Origin: Vermamoeba vermiformis
Lineage: Eukaryota
Length of the DNA stretch: 64,000 nt
Assembly: GCA_045837725.1 (NCBI GenBank)
Contig: JBEWZL010000066.1
Coordinates: 186,001-250,000 of the forward strand
Direction: 5' to 3'
Shown: piece after piece, positions 41,528 to 53,666 of the stretch
How positions within the stretch are numbered: position 1 is the first letter of the stretch
How the letters are laid out: each line of letters starts with the position of its first letter
Made by a program: the position numbers and the translations under genes
The notes under the pieces: model-generated
Database searches by the model: none
What the model was told of the DNA's origin: nothing
The model's input: the letters and a program-made list of their open reading frames with translations, nothing else

Positions 41528-44048
41528 ATGATGGAAGTGCAAGACAGTAATAACGTTATTAAACGTTCCGAATGGGTCGCTTGTATAGCGGTTATTACAT
41601 TTGATTTGGAGCTTGGACAGAGTATGTACATATTGTTCATCTCAGACCTGTTCTGGGTGGACATGAAGTTGCATCTGTTTTCGTTATTTAGATTTAAAAG
41701 TTAGAAAATTAACTAAAAATTTTATTATAGAGTTAGAACATATATATCCTAGCATAGAATCAGAATTTACAGACGAGGAGAAAATTAATTTGTAAGTGTC
41801 ATATTCCAATATTTATTACAAACTTCCGATAATTGCAAAGCAAGAATCTTCATACAAGAAGCATATTTAACGCACAATTATAACAGGTGCTTCTCATCTT
41901 TTCCCGAGTCGGTCAATTCCGAGTGCGACATTGTCTATTCATTTCGTATGAACCGAGCCAAGCCTAAGAGTGCCACTGACAAGGAGGGTACGCGCATTGG
42001 TGTCGATGGCGCTAATATGACCACTATTAATATGATACTACGCCCAGCACTCACACCGACGGAGCAGTCCTTGTTCGGCTTTGTATTCTTCCGCCAAGTG
42101 AAAGACGAGTCGATATCGCGCGGTTATCTACAGAAGTCCATCGTGTTAATATCACCCGTGCCCTACATCAATCTGTTCAAAGAGGTGCGTACCGAGCACT
42201 GCAGTAGTGTCATATGCTGATCTAATTAGGTGGTAACTATCGCTGGTCGATTGTACTTTGAGCACGGCACCAGCTGTCTCGAGGCTGCGTACAGGAACAT
42301 TTGCGCGTGGCCTCGACCCGAGCCTGGCAATGACATGGACTTGCCTATTTTGGTAATGTGATGCGCGTGGTTGTCGATCAAAGATTAACTGACTGCACAG
42401 GGCACGAACATCTCATTTCGAGTGCCGCGCTTGAGTGGCGTGACGGTGCTGCACAACAAGACTGTCCACAGCGCCACTGTGAGCACCACTCAGCTCAAAG
42501 ATCAGGTACGCGTGCTGTGGTTGTGCGTGCAGTACTAACGCGAGGACAGATTGTGACACATCTGCAAGGTGTCAATCTCTACACGCGCTTCAAGTCAATG
42601 CTGAATAAGTTGTCGCTGCTGTGGGAGTTAGTGTTGACAGGCGAGTCACTGCTAGTGGTCTCACCGAGTCCTGAGATCTCTTCTGACGCGGTGTATGGCT
42701 TGGTGTCGCTCATATCACCGGTACGCTATTGAATGTGCTAGTGTCCCTAATAATATCGATTAGATCGAGTACTGCGGAGACTTCAGACCTTACTTCACCA
42801 TTCACGATCCAGACTTCAAGAACTTTGGCAGTGACAAGGTAGTGGCACTATAGAATGACTGGGTTATATTGACACTATTGTAATAGATCCCTCCTGCTAC
42901 TATCATCGGTGCTACAAATCCATTCTTTTTGAAAGCATTTGAGCACTGGAATCACGTCGTCACATTGGAAGGCAACTTCGAATCAAAGTACGTCGCTGCT
43001 ATTAGTTAATGCAGTATATTGATACAGCTGATAGGAACATGTCCGTGTTGAAAGACGGAAAGGAAAAGAAGCTCAAAAGAGGCGAGGCATTGAAAAATGA
43101 GGTACGTTAATCATTTACTATTGCACACTATTGTGACTCTAATTGTCGTGCAGTTGAAATCAAAGTACAAAGCACTGCTCGAAACAGATGCAATCAGTCA
43201 AGCACTGTCAAAGAGGAAGACTGATTCACCACAAATGAGTGACGATCAACACTTGGGTACGTCGCAGTATTGAGGCCGAGTGTTATGTATTTATAACGTG
43301 TCGCACAGCTGCTGTAAATAACGAGCTGATTCGTCGAGCCCTGCAGAAGTTGACCGAAGAGTTTTTAACACCCATTGAAGAATATTTCTCGACACTACTG
43401 CCTGACGAGCGGTAACTAGCTTTGATCACGTGATGCACTGACACGTGACTGACTGACACACTGAACAGATCAATATCAGCATTCAAAAAGCCACCCAAGA
43501 TCAAACCCTTTCGCGAGTTGCCGTTCTTGCAGCACTTGATAGACACGGGCAAGAAGACCAAAGAGATGGAGCTCTACAGGAAGTTCATTCGCACGCAGAA
43601 CTTTGTGCACTGGTTCAAGAATAGAAAGCGACAGGCATTGAACACCATTCGCAACAAGTACGTTGTCACTCGTCAGCACTGCGATGACTAACTGCACGCA
43701 CAGATATTTGAAGTGTTTGGAGGACGCAGACATTGCACGGCACGTCAAGAAGATGAATGAAGTGGAAGTCGTGGACATGTACCTGCGCGTGTCTGAGATA
43801 GTGGTGCGTGTTATCTGTGCCTATTATTATTAGTGTAGTCTTATTGACGCATTTCGCAGAACACGAGTGAGTTCAGTGCAACAACGAAGCAGAAAGTGAT
43901 GGAGGTACAAAAGGCAATTTTTGATTGTTTGCCGCCGGATCTACAGCAAAGTGTCATGTTGAATCAGAAGAAGAGCGAGATCTATGCTACAGACACAAGT
44001 GTACCCACGCATCGTGCAGTGAGTGATAGTCCACGAGACAACACGTGA
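41528..44048 (+). CDS. DENND6: DENND6/FAM116-type DENN domain Rab GEF
   Basis: VITFDLELGQ, FGFVFFRQVKDESISRGYLQKS, LWELVLTGE, YCGDFRPYFTIHD, GATNPFF. Confidence 0.9.
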
Positions 44049-44085
44049 CACATCACAATGGTAATAAATACCTTTAATGTACGCC

Positions 44086-44959
44086 TCACAGTTCCATGTT
44101 GAACACGCTGTACAACTGCTTCACAGTCGTCAGCTGCTCTTCAGCGAGCACACCTAACAGCGCGTGTGCAAAGTCTTTGATCTCATTGTAGCGATGCAGT
44201 TGTTCGATCTTGCGCTCAGTCAACGCCTTGAGCTCTGGATGTGTTTCAAGTCTGCATTGGGTCAGGTACGTGAATGATGCAATAGTGTTGCTACTTACTC
44301 ATCAACATCGCACGCCATATTGTCCTTCACTTCGATGATCATGGCATTGCTGTCTAGCTCTTCATCGTCAATGCTCTGCTTGACTGGCTCTGGCTGGGCA
44401 CTCGTGTCGTGCTGGTCAATAGTCTTCCACAGCTCAATGACTTTGAACTGCATAGCTAATTTCAGCTCGTCGATATTCTTCTTGGCCGCTTCAACAGTGT
44501 CCAGCTGTTCGAGCAGCAGTGTCATCCGACGGAGTTCTGTTGCACGATTAGATAAGCACTAATAGTCATGATCCATACCTTTATTGTCCACTTCGATAGA
44601 GTCGTCGCGTAGACCTCCTGATTTAGCATAGTAATAATAGGCCTAAGAAAATAACTCCGATCAGTTTGGACTGTACTCCAGCTTTGTTCATACCTGGTGA
44701 GTCGGATAATACAACAACGTACCCTCGCATATCGGTTTGCTATGGAGAAGCTTCTTTCTGACTAGACCTTGCAGAATGTACTGGCCTCCTCCTGTTCTGT
44801 CCGGTTAACAACTCGATCTGACGTTGCACCTTTTGATCGCGTACCGAAGTCTAGAGACTTGAGGTAATCGAGGAGGTGCACCGAAGTTAAAGGCTTGCGT
44901 TCTATAGTAAACAGTCGAAGCACCTTCTCTTCCGGATAATTAATATTAATCTTCTCCAT
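44086..44959 (-). CDS. Swi5/Sae3-domain protein with N-terminal winged-helix-like region and coiled coil
   Basis: C-terminus KIEQLHRYNEIKDFAHALLGVLAEEQLTTVKQLYSVFNMEL* matches the Swi5 signature; five exons join in frame. Confidence 0.75.
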
Positions 44960-45473
44960 GTCTGGCCAGCTTTGATTCAGTTATGAGCTGTTGTGGTCTT
45001 GTGTAGCAGAGTAGTACATAAAATGATGTTCGCAAAGTCCAGTACGCGACTTCTGTCAGCAATCTCCCGCCCTATCTCGGTTAATGAATATTCCTGAAAT
45101 TGCCAAACTTGGTTATCAGGCCACAATATCTCCTGCATCTCGGTGCGATCTCATCAAGTAAAGATATGCCAAGCCTTCTTAGAGTATTAACATCCCCTTA
45201 AGCGCCAGAGCAAATCAAAATTAGTAATCAGAACTATAAATAGACATTTCGGGTGGAATCCGTTTCGGTGCTTATGAAACCACGGCCGAATTACCATTAA
45301 TTTAGGCAGCGAACTTGAGTAAAATAGGAGTAGGCATAACCATATGAGTCCTATCGAAAAGTATACGCATAATCGGTTGTATTTCCTTTTAAGGGAATTT
45401 GAAGTCAAAATTAAATTTGGGTTTAGTTTTTGGTTCAGTTGTTAGAAACTTCTCTAGTCCAACGCCACACAGG

Positions 45474-46382
45474 ATGGACAATAATAATGTAAATCCCGAA
45501 GGACAGCGGAAGCGAAGGAAAAAGAGACCGAATCCGTTAAAGCCACTAATTGTCCGATGGAAATTGGACGGCGAAGCATCTTCAAATACTGCAGAATCAT
45601 CAGAAAATCAAGAAAATCAACCTCAACATCGTGAGGAGAAATCAGAACAGCCACAATGGTCATTTAATACGCCCAGTGAGGCAGAACGCGTTGATCGGAA
45701 AAGAAGGTATTCAGTGGCTAGTCCTCAAGAATTTATACATACACAACAAAATAAGGAAAATGACGAGGATATTCAAGTTAAACGACGAAGATTAATGTCC
45801 GTGCCTGATGTAAGCCTATTAATGCCTGCTCAACCAAATCAGATTCCGATGAATGACCGAAATATACCTCCTCCGAATCCCTCATTATGGGCTGCAACGC
45901 CACTAAATAATGCTCAGCTGGCAGAATTAAATCAACAACGACGACGGTCTCTTGGCGATATATTCTGTCCGGACATCTCATCGACGCTCACCAAGTATAT
46001 CACAGATCGCAATCGATTTAATCTTCCACCATTACCATTCATGATGCCTATGCAGCCACTGATAGTCCCTGATGGCTCAAATCCACTTCCACCGCCTCCC
46101 ATCCCATTCAATTTTCCATTTAATGTTCCGCGCGAGCAGATGGAGCCAGGCATGCCACGCAATCTGCTGCCAGTAGTGCCAATGAACAGTCCTCCTTCAA
46201 ATACACCTCAACAACCTAAATTGACGGACTTATTAAACAGCGCAGAACAATCAGATGTGTCGCTGTCAGTGCTCGCAGCGGTGTGCAATGACAAGCAGAG
46301 CTCAGAGCGGAACAACAGCGATGATAAGACCGTGAATGCTGGCAAGAGCAGCGCCGAGTCTACTGAACCTCAGAGCTCTTAA
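45474..46382 (+). CDS. Hypothetical intronless low-complexity protein with basic NLS-like clusters
   Basis: Single open frame of about 300 aa; RKRRKKR and KRRR clusters; Pro/Asn/Gln-rich; no family recognised. Confidence 0.6.
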   Translation: MDNNNVNPEGQRKRRKKRPNPLKPLIVRWKLDGEASSNTAESSENQENQPQHREEKSEQPQWSFNTPSEAERVDRKRRYSVASPQEFIHTQQNKENDEDIQVKRRRLMSVPDVSLLMPAQPNQIPMNDRNIPPPNPSLWAATPLNNAQLAELNQQRRRSLGDIFCPDISSTLTKYITDRNRFNLPPLPFMMPMQPLIVPDGSNPLPPPPIPFNFPFNVPREQMEPGMPRNLLPVVPMNSPPSNTPQQPKLTDLLNSAEQSDVSLSVLAAVCNDKQSSERNNSDDKTVNAGKSSAESTEPQSS

Positions 46383-46595
46383 TCAATTTTAGGGGCTCTG
46401 ATATTGTAAAATGTTTGTAAATACAGAATATCAATCTTGACTTGCCCTGTTCTTAATTAATTACTTGCAGTTTATTAAATGCAGCATGATCGAATCTAAA
46501 TTTAAATCCAATTAACGAAAGATTAAATTCGCTCATTGGTATACCACAAAAATATTGTTAATTTCCTTATATAGACGGACGGTATAATTGCAATC

Positions 46596-48289
46596 TCACA
46601 TGGGGCGGAGGTTCTTTGCGTGTACTGGAGCATTTTGCAGGATATTCTCAATGCTGTGCACCATATAACTGCGTTAGTAGTGTAATCCGCTGACACATCC
46701 AACTCCGAAATTATTGCAATTTGTTAAAACTGCTAAATATACTTTGCTGAATGTAGCAATGCGAATTTAACCGGTTCTACTCACCGTTCGAGCACTGCAG
46801 GTGTTAGTTTGGACACTACTTTGAGTGCCTGCAAGTTCTCAGTCACCTGCTGCACGCGCGATGCTCCAGTAATGACCTGCCGAATGAAGTCAGTGTCGCG
46901 TCGATTGATTCATGAACGACTGGCCGTACCGTAGACACGTGTTCATTGCGGAGACACCACGCCAATGCGAGTTGAGCGGTGCTGCAGTCCAAGTCACGTG
47001 CGACTTCACTGAGGGCCTTGGTCTTCGCGATCACCGTGTTGTAATCGCGCTCTTCCAAGCCATTGATGCCTGCCACTGTTAGCGACAGTATTACCAAATT
47101 AGGCAAGTACCTTCGTTGTTGTAGAACTGATTCTTGAGCCAGGCCGAGGTCTCCAAGGCCAGTCTGGAGCCCTCCGGAATGCCGTCGTTGTACTTGCCTG
47201 GCACTGATCAGCACTCACTGATGATGACCAAATTAGGCAATTACGTACCGCTGAGCAGACCGCTGGCGAGTGGGGACCAGACGGTGAGTCCGAGGCCCTG
47301 TGACTGCGAGTAGAGGGGCAGATAGTCGCGCTCCACTTTGCTGCGACAGAACATGTTGTACTGCGGCTGTTCCATCAGCGGTGCAATCAGACCCAACTTG
47401 TCGGCCACCGTGCACGCCTCTTGCAGCTGTTGGGCATTCCACTCGCTCGTGCCCCAGTAGAACACTTTGCCCTAATTAGGCAAGTCAGTCGTGCGTGCAT
47501 GTACCGCGCACTTACCTGTCGGATCAGATCGTTCATGGCGCGCACAGTCTCTTCAATCGGCACACTGGGGTCCGGTCTGTGACAGAACAACAGATCTACG
47601 TAGTCGAGCTGGTGTAAGGGTCAGTTCAGTGAACAGTTCGTTCAGTGAATGAGTGCTTTACCTGCATGCGCGCCAGTGACTCGTGCAGCCCTTCAAAGAT
47701 GTGTTTGCTGCAACACTGTCAGCAATGGTACCACTAGCAACACTATATAACAGCACTATCGATACGCACCGCGAGAGACCCTTGTCATTGGGACCAGTAC
47801 GCCCCTCAGTGCCGAAGAACAGCTTGGTGCTGATCACTAAGCTCGATCGACGCCAGCCCGTCTTCTTGAGCACCGTGCCCATCACGCGCTCTGCATTGCC
47901 TTGCTGCATATAAGAGCTGTTAGATATATATATATCAATGGCTGTGCTCAGTACGCACTGAATAGCTCTCCGCATTGTCGAAGAAATTGACGCCAGCCTA
48001 GTATTGCAATACAACGCTTAGTCTCGTGCTAATATGACACTACAAGTGCGAGTGCGTACGTCATAGGCTGCTTTCATGCACTCAAAAGTGGCGTCTTCGT
48101 CTTTGACTTGACCGCCGTAAGTGATCCAAGCTCCGAGCGAGAGGCTGGACAATCTCAAGCCACTATATGAATATTAGCTTATTATTTGTAATTATGCACG
48201 CCCATTGAAATCATCCAACACTATTGCATTGAGTTGCAATCTTAGCTAGTGTCTTACGTCTTTCCCATGCGACGGTATTCCATGCTCAT
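46596..48289 (-). CDS. Voltage-gated K+ channel beta subunit-type aldo-keto reductase
   Basis: [65 protein letters not shown]. Confidence 0.92.
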
Positions 48290-48540
48290 TGTAGCAAAGG
48301 TGTAGTAATGTTATTATTATTGATAATAGCTAGGACGAGTGCTAGGCGTGGTAGTCAGTGGAAGGTTCGAATGAAAGTGCCAAGTTTGACGGCGATTACT
48401 TGTTTAATACAACGAGTGGTATGCACCATGATCGCTGTTTGATCAAACTCTATTAGACCAATCCTGCATTTGTAACATATTTGTACATATCAATACATCA
48501 CCAGCGAGTTGAGATCTGACAGAGGTTAACAAAAACAATA

Positions 48541-50034
48541 ATGCTGAAATGGACTATTGGTGTAAGTATTTTTTAGAGACCGATTCTTTATATTCAGAAG
48601 ATGTTGTATGATAATCAACTCAATTAACGGCAGTTGAATTTTACTAAAAAATAATTCTCAATATTTGGATCCACAGAAAATCGCATCTTTTCGCTTCAAC
48701 CGCGAGTACAAACGAAGCTTGGCACGTAATAATCAAGAGCGGCTAGACACTATGCGCGTGTTCTGGTGGACACAGTTCTACAACAACTACAAACGGCGCG
48801 TCAAAGAAAATCCTGCGTACCGCGAGAAAGATCTTACGTCGCTTGAAATTGACGGTAATACTGCGCAACATTAATATATAATGGCACGATAATACGAGCA
48901 CGTGTCCGAGGAGCAGTACTAATGGATATCATCCGTGCAGAGATGTGCGACACTGCGCGCGGTGACAAATTGCCACTGATGGAGCTGCGCAATCAAGTCT
49001 ACATGAATCTCGATGAGCAGATTAATACCATATTTGGACATATCTGTGCCAGCGGAGGTCTCAATCCCTATCCCAAACCAGTCTATCGCATTGGTGAGAA
49101 GCGCTACGAGTACGATCAAGTGACCGATGCTGCCATTGAGAATGAGCTCAAAAAACAATTTCTATATAAGGAAATTGAAGTGTACAACCCTGGTGTAGAA
49201 CTGCCGCACCCTGACGGATTCAGTCTCGTCGTCAAAAAGAGTGCCATCGATCATCCTGCTGCTGGCTATGGCGTGTACGTCAAGGGCGGTGAGTTTCCTA
49301 ATTAGGAATAGACCTGAGCTAATGGCCAAATATAGAAATACTGCCCGGCACGGTGATTGGCTTCTACCCTGGCACAGTGTATTTCCCGCAAGACATCACC
49401 GAGTCGGTGGTGCACGAGAATGAATATCTCGTCGGGAGATATGACGGCGTGGTGATCGATGGCCGCATGTGGGACCGACGCGCGGAACAACTGCACCGCG
49501 AGATACGCAATCTCCAATACGCCTCAGGTACGTGCTGATTACTGAGAATGTGACAGGTGTCAAATCACTGACAGGTGTCACGTGCCAGGGATGACACCCG
49601 ACCTCAGTTCACTGAACAAGTTCCGCAATCCCTACGCAATCGCGAATTACATCAATCACCCGCCACGTGATCAGCTCAAGCGCGTGAATGCCTTCTTGTA
49701 CCAATACGACTACCCCGCTGACATGTACGGCGAGTGCTGCACTTTGACATCTGTTCACTGAACTCACGTGTTGCTCACTAGGCCCGAAGAATTCAAGCAA
49801 TATATTCCGCACGAATTCTTCAAAGCTCCGAATGTGCTGTGGGCTCGTGATGACGTCACCATGTTTGGCATGGTCTGTGTGGCACGCCGTCGCATCAAAG
49901 ACGAAGAACTGTTCGTGAACTACAGACTCAATCCCGCCAATCCCTATCCTGACTGGTACGCGCAGCCTGATGAGCTCGAAGCGAAACGACGCTGGGGCAA
50001 ACTCAGTCGGTGGTGGAGACCTCCGCGCCTGTAA
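48541..50034 (+). CDS. SETD9: SET domain protein, SETD9-like
   Basis: AAGYGVYV, GTVIGFYPGTVY, RYDGVVIDG, NPYAIANYINHPP, DEELFVNY. Confidence 0.8.
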
Positions 50035-50225
50035 TAAAGCACCGTCAACACTCAGCTAACTGTCTTGCTAGACCTCATAGAGTGCCGTTCATTTGCACTG
50101 TGTACCAGTCGGAGATAACGTTGAAATTCCGCGTCACGTGACAAACCAAACTCCGATCTGTGTCAAAACAGAGAGTTAACCGTATAATTTAGTCCAAACA
50201 GTCAAACACACCACTGCTAATACAG

Positions 50226-50451
50226 ATGTGCTGAGTACTCATCTCTGGCTGCACTTACTTGATCGAGGTCGTTAAGGGTTGGCTGGGCTACGAAAGTGAG
50301 CATTCACCGGAGTTAAATCAATTATTGATATATTAATTATGTAATATTACAAGCCACGGAATGCTCGTCCTGAGGAGCAGAAGACTCGTTGCAAGATCGA
50401 GATCGAATGATTAAGAACAGCGACGACGATTCAAGCGAGAGCGATCCATAA
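50226..50451 (+). CDS. Candidate small selenoprotein (46 or 55 aa) with in-frame TGA(s)
   Basis: Exon 1 (50226-50295) reads MC[TGA]VLISGCTYLIEVVKGWLGYE; donor GTGAG at 50296; acceptor at 50353 or 50380, both in frame; stop TAA at 50449; SECIS downstream. Confidence 0.65.
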
Positions 50452-50527
50452 ATACAGACAACACAACACGTTATTAATATGCTATTGTATCATATGATAT
50501 AATGATTGAACTGCGGGATCGAGTGGC

Positions 50528-50596
50528 GCGTTGTGTTGATGACAAGCGTTAAGCCCAAACATCATCGATGAGGCTAGCACTTTGACTACGCAACGT
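50528..50596 (+). promoter_or_regulatory. Eukaryotic type II SECIS element
   Basis: Helix I GCGTTGTGT/ACGCAACGT; core ATGAC (50539) and TGAC (50583); helix II AAGCGTTAAGCC/GGCTAGCACTT; unpaired AAA at 50557; apical minihelix CATC/GATG; AATAAA at 50621. Confidence 0.88.
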
Positions 50597-50764
50597 ACCA
50601 GCGATCATACTATAGTTTATAATAAATGCTTAATACTACGACTCTTGTCTGATGCTCACACAGTCAATTTCGAAAACAGAAAAAACGAAACGAAAGCAGT
50701 ATTATTGTTTAATTATAGCGCACTGCACCACCACAACTGCGTCAATTATAGTCGCGTATATATA

Positions 50765-51617
50765 ATGCAGCGTTATATTGTCGAAGAAGAGGATGTGCAC
50801 AGCATCGAAGAGAGGAGTCTGATCAACTCTGACGTCAACGAGGCAGATGTGATCATGCGCAAATATTTGAAAGAGAGGAAGCAAATGGAGCACGTATTGT
50901 AAGTATCAGTGCTCGTAAATACAGATATCAGTGCTCGCGGATGTCGATCGGCTCTAATGTCCCCTCGCCAGTGCCCTCAAGTTCGTACTCGTGCTCTCCA
51001 TTGCCCTCACCTTCGCCGTGGCAATGATCTTGTTCTTTCCACAAGTGCCTGCTGTCTACGTGTTCAATGGCGTCTATCGCAATGCTTCATTCGACTTCAC
51101 TGGCCCGGTGCCCAGGGGCTCGGTCATCATTCAGGTCAGTATTGCCTTATTTGGTAGTATGTTGTCTAACACCGTGCAGTTCGATGTGGTGCTGTCAGTG
51201 ACCAATTACTTGCCCATCACTTTGCAGCATCTAGATCTCGTCATGCGCTTCCACAGCTTGGCGATTGGTGTCGTGGAGCTGAACAACTACAAGCTGTTCC
51301 ACGACACGGTCAAACTGCCGCAGAATATTCTGTTTGACTCGCACAACATCAGCTTCAAAGAGCAAGAGGCGCTGCAGGACTTGGAACTCTTGGCGAGTGA
51401 CTTGCTCAAGGGCCAGATCGAGCTCAATTTTGCTGGTGTAGCGCAACTGTCAATACTCGGCATACCTTTCTCATTCGAATACTATCGCGAGGCACCTGTT
51501 GACTGGATTGACTTCTTTGTCAACAACACGGAGTCAAATCCGAATCAGAGCAACAAATACGCGCAGTTATTCGCGCCAGTGCTGAGTGGTGCGCAACCAG
51601 CGAGCATTGCCTATTGA
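50765..51617 (+). CDS. Single-pass membrane protein, LEA_2-like beta domain
   Basis: TM FVLVLSIALTFAVAMILFFP followed by LSVTNYLPITLQHLDL, which resembles the LEA_2 pattern. Confidence 0.55.
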
Positions 51618-51724
51618 CCTAAACACTAGCGGGACTAGTACTGTACATATTATCATCTCCGTTGTATTATTTAAATATTGCGTTATCTAAAAGAGTTTTG
51701 TTTATTATTATAGCGTTGTATTAT

Positions 51725-53493
51725 TTAATGGTGTTTCTTCTTCTTTTTGACGTTCTCTTCGTCGCCATTGTCATCATCTTCGTGCTTGCGCTTCTTGCTC
51801 TTCTTCTCTTCACCATTATCCTCTTGTTCGTCGCGCTTCTTCTTCTTGTCCTTCTTATCTTTCTTATCCTTCTTGTCTTTCTTGTCCTTCTTCTCTTTGT
51901 GCTCAGCAGGGGCTGGAGGTTCAACTTCCATCTCACCCAGTGTCGAGTCAGCAGCAGCGTTGTAAGTGCCAGCAGTAGAGCCTTGAGCGGGCTTGTCGTA
52001 CTTCTTCTTTTGCTTGCCAGTGGGGGTCTTGCTCATGGTGGTGGTGAAGTCACCCTCCAACTGTCGCATGCGCAGCTGTACTTGTTCCAGACCATCAGCA
52101 CCGACGGGCTTGGTGTCCTTGTCACCGAGCGCATCGACTCTGATTGCCAGTGCGGCCTTGTTGGCGAGCACACGAGAGATCTTGCCCTTGAACTTGGGGG
52201 CAGTTTGACCGACCAATGAGGCGTGGTAGATGAGACCGTACTTGGGGGTCTGTTTCTTGGCCTTGAGGGCGCGGAACAGAGCCTTTTCGGCACCCAAGAT
52301 CTGCACGGTGCTAGCGGGGTGCTTGGCCAAGTTGAGCAGACTGCCTGCGTGCGCAATCAAACGAGCTCCAACGAGTTCACCGACGAGCACGGTCAAGTTG
52401 GGGGCAATGGCGCGCATTCTGTTCTTGACGTACTCGTACAACTGTTCACGATAGGTGCTCACTTCGAGGACTTGATCGCACAGCTCTACGATGTGATCGA
52501 CGTCTTCTTGACTGATGTCAGTACCCATGCTCACTTGAGCGGCGGCGCGGATCTCATCGGCAACACCTTCTTCGACAACACGGTTCAACTCAGCCTTGGC
52601 GATCTGAGTGCGGGGACCTAATTGCTTGACGACCTTGGCGAACTGAATGTTGTCGGTGATCACCTTGGCCAATTCGGGGAAGTGCAAGCCGTACCACTCC
52701 TTGACGCGCATGCTGTATGTGTTGATTTCTTTGTCAAGATCGTCCAACAACGCTGCACAATCGTTAGTGTCGGTATTAAAATCGGACAGTGTACTGTTAA
52801 TATGATGCTTGTTCTCGTTGCAAAAAAAAGACTTGATTACTTACAGATCGCTTGCACGATCATAACGTCAACCTTGTCAGGGCTGAACTTGATCTTGTAA
52901 CGAGAGAGAGAGTGAGAGAGACCCAAAGCCATAGCGTGCAAGTCACTGTCAGACATGTTCTCAGAGATGAGGTTGTTGAGTTGAAAACGGATGCAGCGCA
53001 TCAACTCCATAACACTATCGTCGTGGACGGTTTCAATGCTCAATTTTTCACGAATAACAGTCTTCAATTTAGCATCAGCGACGGCCAATTTCTCACCAAG
53101 CTTCTTCTCTGCAACAGTCTTCTGCAAGAATTTTTTCAAGTTCTTGCTCAGCTTGCCTTCGTTGATCGCGGTAGCCGCTGCCAAAGCATCAGCGGTATCC
53201 TCGAATTTCTTGAAAGCCTGTAGAGATACACTATTTATGTGTTAAGGATAATTAGGCAGGTTTGGTATTTTAATAAATAATTAATCTATTTTTCTGTTGG
53301 GATTTGGATACGTTTTCTTGGCGCCTTCGACGTTCTTGAATGAATCGAACAATCCATCAGCATTTTCGAGCTTGCCATCATCGTGGAGCTTAAAGAGGGC
53401 AAAGCCAGCTGATCGGATTTTGAATCAGCGATGGGAAGATTGGGATTCGTTTTTATAGTGAAACTTACCAGGTGTTTCAAAAAGAACTAACAT
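51725..53493 (-). CDS. NOP58: Box C/D snoRNP protein NOP58
   Basis: MLVLFETP|AGFALFK, LGLSHSLSRYK.KFSPDKVD, AKHPASTVQILGAEKALFRALK, KKD-repeat tail. Confidence 0.96.
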
Positions 53494-53666
53494 ATTTTTG
53501 TTTTGTTTTGTTGAGTTGCGAGAAGAGGCCAAGAACAATTGGTCACTGTTCGATCTTGGTTTATCGCCAATTTTTTGCCTCCCGAGTTTCGCGATCTGAG
53601 GGAGGCAGTATGGATCCAAGGCAGTTAATTTACAATAAGGTATTTATATATAAACACTATAGTACA

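Noticed and set aside
52750-53470. snoRNAs in NOP58 introns
   Set aside because: No box C/D pair found on the sense strand of these short introns
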